This document shows positions 15,038-16,821 of a stretch of DNA of 16,821 nt, piece by piece. The notes below the pieces were generated by a model. It saw only the letters and a program-made list of their open reading frames with translations, was not told the DNA's origin and searched no databases. The first letter of the stretch is position 1; each line of letters begins with the position of its first letter. The position numbers and the translations under genes are program-made. Origin of the DNA: a virus (taxonomy: Duplodnaviria > Heunggongvirae > Uroviricota > Caudoviricetes); the IMG/VR virus record IMGVR_UViG_2671180758_000023. One strand, written 5' to 3'.

Positions 15038-15226
15038 TTAGTGAACTGCCTCGCAGCTGTCCTTCCATGCCAGAACTTCGGATAAAGACCAGCCAACGGA
15101 ACGACCGCCCAGCTTACGCCGTGATGGGAATTGTCCGGCTTTTTCCAGGCGGTACCGACATGAGCGGCTCAGGCCTGTAAGTTGCTGACATTCTTTTTCA
15201 CGTATAAAGCGATCTGTGCTTAACAC
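15038..15226 (-). CDS. alpA: AlpA-family transcriptional regulator / excisionase-like protein (about 62 aa, GTG start)
   Basis: Motif QLTGLSRSCRYRLEKAGQFPSRRKLGGRSVGWSLSEVLAWK matches the AlpA winged-helix pattern. AAGGGGG RBS 4 nt before GTG at 15226. Confidence 0.8.
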   Translation of the reverse strand: MLSTDRFIREKECQQLTGLSRSCRYRLEKAGQFPSRRKLGGRSVGWSLSEVLAWKDSCEAVH

Positions 15227-15256
15227 AATTCCCCCTTTGTTGTTTCTTAAAGAGTC

Positions 15257-15310
15257 ATTGGGTGGATTATTGGGTTGGGTTGTGTCGGATTGTGTCAGGG
15301 TGTTTGTGGA
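15257..15310. repeat. Degenerate direct repeats with about 10-bp period (ttgggtgg, tgggttgggt, tgtgtcggat, tgtgtcaggg, tgtttgtgga) immediately upstream of alpA
   Basis: Read directly. Lies in the alpA 5' region on the transcribed strand. Function unknown. Confidence 0.4.
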
Positions 15311-15510
15311 ATGGCAAACACTGGCGGCGGTCGTTTTACAGAAGCAGGGGGAATGAGAATAAAAACTCTTTTAATTCATTATGATGCAAAGGCATAAAAT
15401 TTTACTTTTACGCCTTTTTTACATATTTTTAAGAGTGATTCGCCAGTGTATAAAAAAACAGTACACCTATAAAAATCAAATGGTTATTACGATGGCTGAT
15501 TTTTAACCCG

Positions 15511-15570
15511 TTGTTCCATTTTGTTCCTTGTTGTTCGTCGTTGTGTCTCGTTGTTTCACGTTGTCCGCAT
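15511..15570. repeat. Six tandem 10-bp-phased repeats (ttgttccatt ttgttccttg ttgttcgtcg ttgtgtctcg ttgtttcacg ttgtccgcat) just 3' of the integrase gene
   Basis: Read directly; every 10-mer starts with TTGT. Exact helical phasing over 60 bp. Shares the GAACAA/CAACG core with the late-promoter motif (reverse complement). Confidence 0.55.
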
Positions 15571-15591
15571 CCTGAAAAATCGCAAAAAAAA

Positions 15592-16821
15592 TTATATTTC
15601 TCTGGCTATTGGCAATGTGGTTACGTTTTCATGTGTTCCCGCCAGTATCCCTAACCGCTCCGTCCACATATCCAGCGCGTCACGTTTCGCATCCAGATAA
15701 CGGGAATGGTTATAGACTCGTTGCATCCCTGGCATCTGATGACCTGTAAGCTGCTCCACGACGTGAGGATCCACGCCTAAATCGTTCAGCATCGTTGTAA
15801 AGGTGCGCCGGATGTCATGCAGTGACCAGTGAGGGTGTTTTAGCCTCCTGTGCGCTAATCTGCCGTACTGCGACACGCTTGTTTCCTGTTTCAATTCCCC
15901 CAGCAATAAGCCCGTGTGCCTGTTCTGCTCCACCAGCTGCGTGACGAACGGCAGTATTGCTTCCGGTATGGGCCGGAATATTGCCACCTTCGTTTTGCTG
16001 TGTTCTTTCGGCACGGTCCAGAGCATTTCGGTAAAATCCCACTCGCTGATCTCCGATAACCTCAGTTCTACCGTCCGGCATCCGAAAACAATCAGGAGGC
16101 GGATTAGTGCGACGTAGTAAGGGGAAAATATTTTTTTGTCCAGTGCCTGCAATAATTCGCCAAGTTCTTTGGTGCTTAAGACACGCTCGCTTATATCCGG
16201 TTTTTTCCCAACGTCCGCCACACTCATATCATCAAGAACGTTGCTGATTGCATAGCGCCGCCTCCGGCAGAACTTAAGCGCCTGTTTGCACGTCTGTAGC
16301 AAGAATCCGGCAGTAACAGGCGTTCGCTTTGCCACCTGGTCAAAACAGGCCAGCCAGTGCCGTAGCTCGCATTTATCCAGCGGCATAGCACCAATGTGCT
16401 GTATTACGTGATTATTAAGGCGCTTTTTCAGGGCGGCATAATCCACGCGGTTTTCCTTTACGTAAGACTCAAGCCAGTAGGTAAGCGCATCGCCAACCGT
16501 TACGGGCTTTAACGCTTTCTGTACGGTGTAATTCATCTCATGACGTGGATTTTTCCCCTCAGCAAGCCAAGCGCGACACTGTGCCGCTTTTTCCCTGGCA
16601 GCTTTCAGACTCAGATCAGGATAATTTCCCAGCTTAATCCGTTCCGGTCGTGCTCCCCTTCCCGTTCCGGCCCTGTAGGTGAAATACCAGGTTAAAAGGC
16701 CGCTGGTTGAATGCCTGACGCTCAGGTTTCCACCGTCATTAAGAAAAGCTGTTTTTTGGGCGGGTGTGCCGTTGATTTTCCTCAGCTGTGTATCGCTCAG
16801 TTTGTTAAGTGCTCTGCTCAT
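15592..16821 (-). CDS. Tyrosine integrase, P4-type (409 aa); start codon at the window edge
   Basis: N-terminal arm-binding-like domain (LSDTQLRKINGTPAQKTAFLNDGGNLSVRHSTSGLLTWYFTYR) and catalytic motifs (HDIRRTF, C-terminal Y in GMQRVYNHSRY). ATG at 16819-16821. Confidence 0.9.
   Translation of the reverse strand: MSRALNKLSDTQLRKINGTPAQKTAFLNDGGNLSVRHSTSGLLTWYFTYRAGTGRGARPERIKLGNYPDLSLKAAREKAAQCRAWLAEGKNPRHEMNYTVQKALKPVTVGDALTYWLESYVKENRVDYAALKKRLNNHVIQHIGAMPLDKCELRHWLACFDQVAKRTPVTAGFLLQTCKQALKFCRRRRYAISNVLDDMSVADVGKKPDISERVLSTKELGELLQALDKKIFSPYYVALIRLLIVFGCRTVELRLSEISEWDFTEMLWTVPKEHSKTKVAIFRPIPEAILPFVTQLVEQNRHTGLLLGELKQETSVSQYGRLAHRRLKHPHWSLHDIRRTFTTMLNDLGVDPHVVEQLTGHQMPGMQRVYNHSRYLDAKRDALDMWTERLGILAGTHENVTTLPIAREI

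Larger units (their letters stand above)
1462..16821 (-). mobile_element. Integrated capsid-encoding phage satellite (cfPICI-like); left boundary somewhere in 1462-2500, right boundary beyond the window
   Basis: Contiguous minus-strand array: P4-type integrase, AlpA, replication ATPase plus iterons, SSB, and a complete HK97-type head/packaging module. No tail, lysis or CI-repressor genes. Sits directly after phoQ. Confidence 0.6.

Noticed and set aside
1462-16821. Complete temperate prophage (for example an e14-like element of the same chromosomal neighbourhood)
   Set aside because: No tail, lysis, CI/Cro, or e14 marker genes (lit, pin, mcrA). The interval between phoQ and the terminal integrase is too small and is fully accounted for by head, packaging, replication and regulatory genes.

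Overview
The window holds the 3' flank of phoQ followed by a compact integrated mobile element that I interpret as a capsid-encoding, tail-less phage satellite (cfPICI-like, with P4-like int/alpA features). phoQ (1-1461, +) is complete. From about 1.5 kb to the window edge almost every gene is on the minus strand and tightly coupled (ATGA/TGATG overlaps). Reading in the direction of transcription (right to left): P4-type tyrosine integrase (15592-16821), AlpA (15038-15226), a Bro-N-like antirepressor remnant, a divergent operator-bearing switch region with a plus-strand ribbon-helix-helix gene, five small ORFs including an Icd-like one, a RecA-fold replication ATPase (pri-rep analogue, 10977-12377), an iteron-rich candidate origin, SSB, a PerC-family activator, an intrinsic terminator, then a complete HK97-type head and packaging module (major capsid, prohead protease, portal, head closure, gp6-like connector, HNH endonuclease, P27-family small terminase, large terminase). 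There are no tail, tape-measure, baseplate, lysis or CI-type repressor genes between phoQ and the integrase. The left end carries a second PerC-like gene, a convergent plus-strand cargo gene with its own terminator, and phased 10-bp repeat arrays. No tRNA, rRNA or CRISPR array was found. All functional calls are from reading the translated ORFs and DNA by eye; no database search was run. The right att site lies beyond the window, so element boundaries are inferred.
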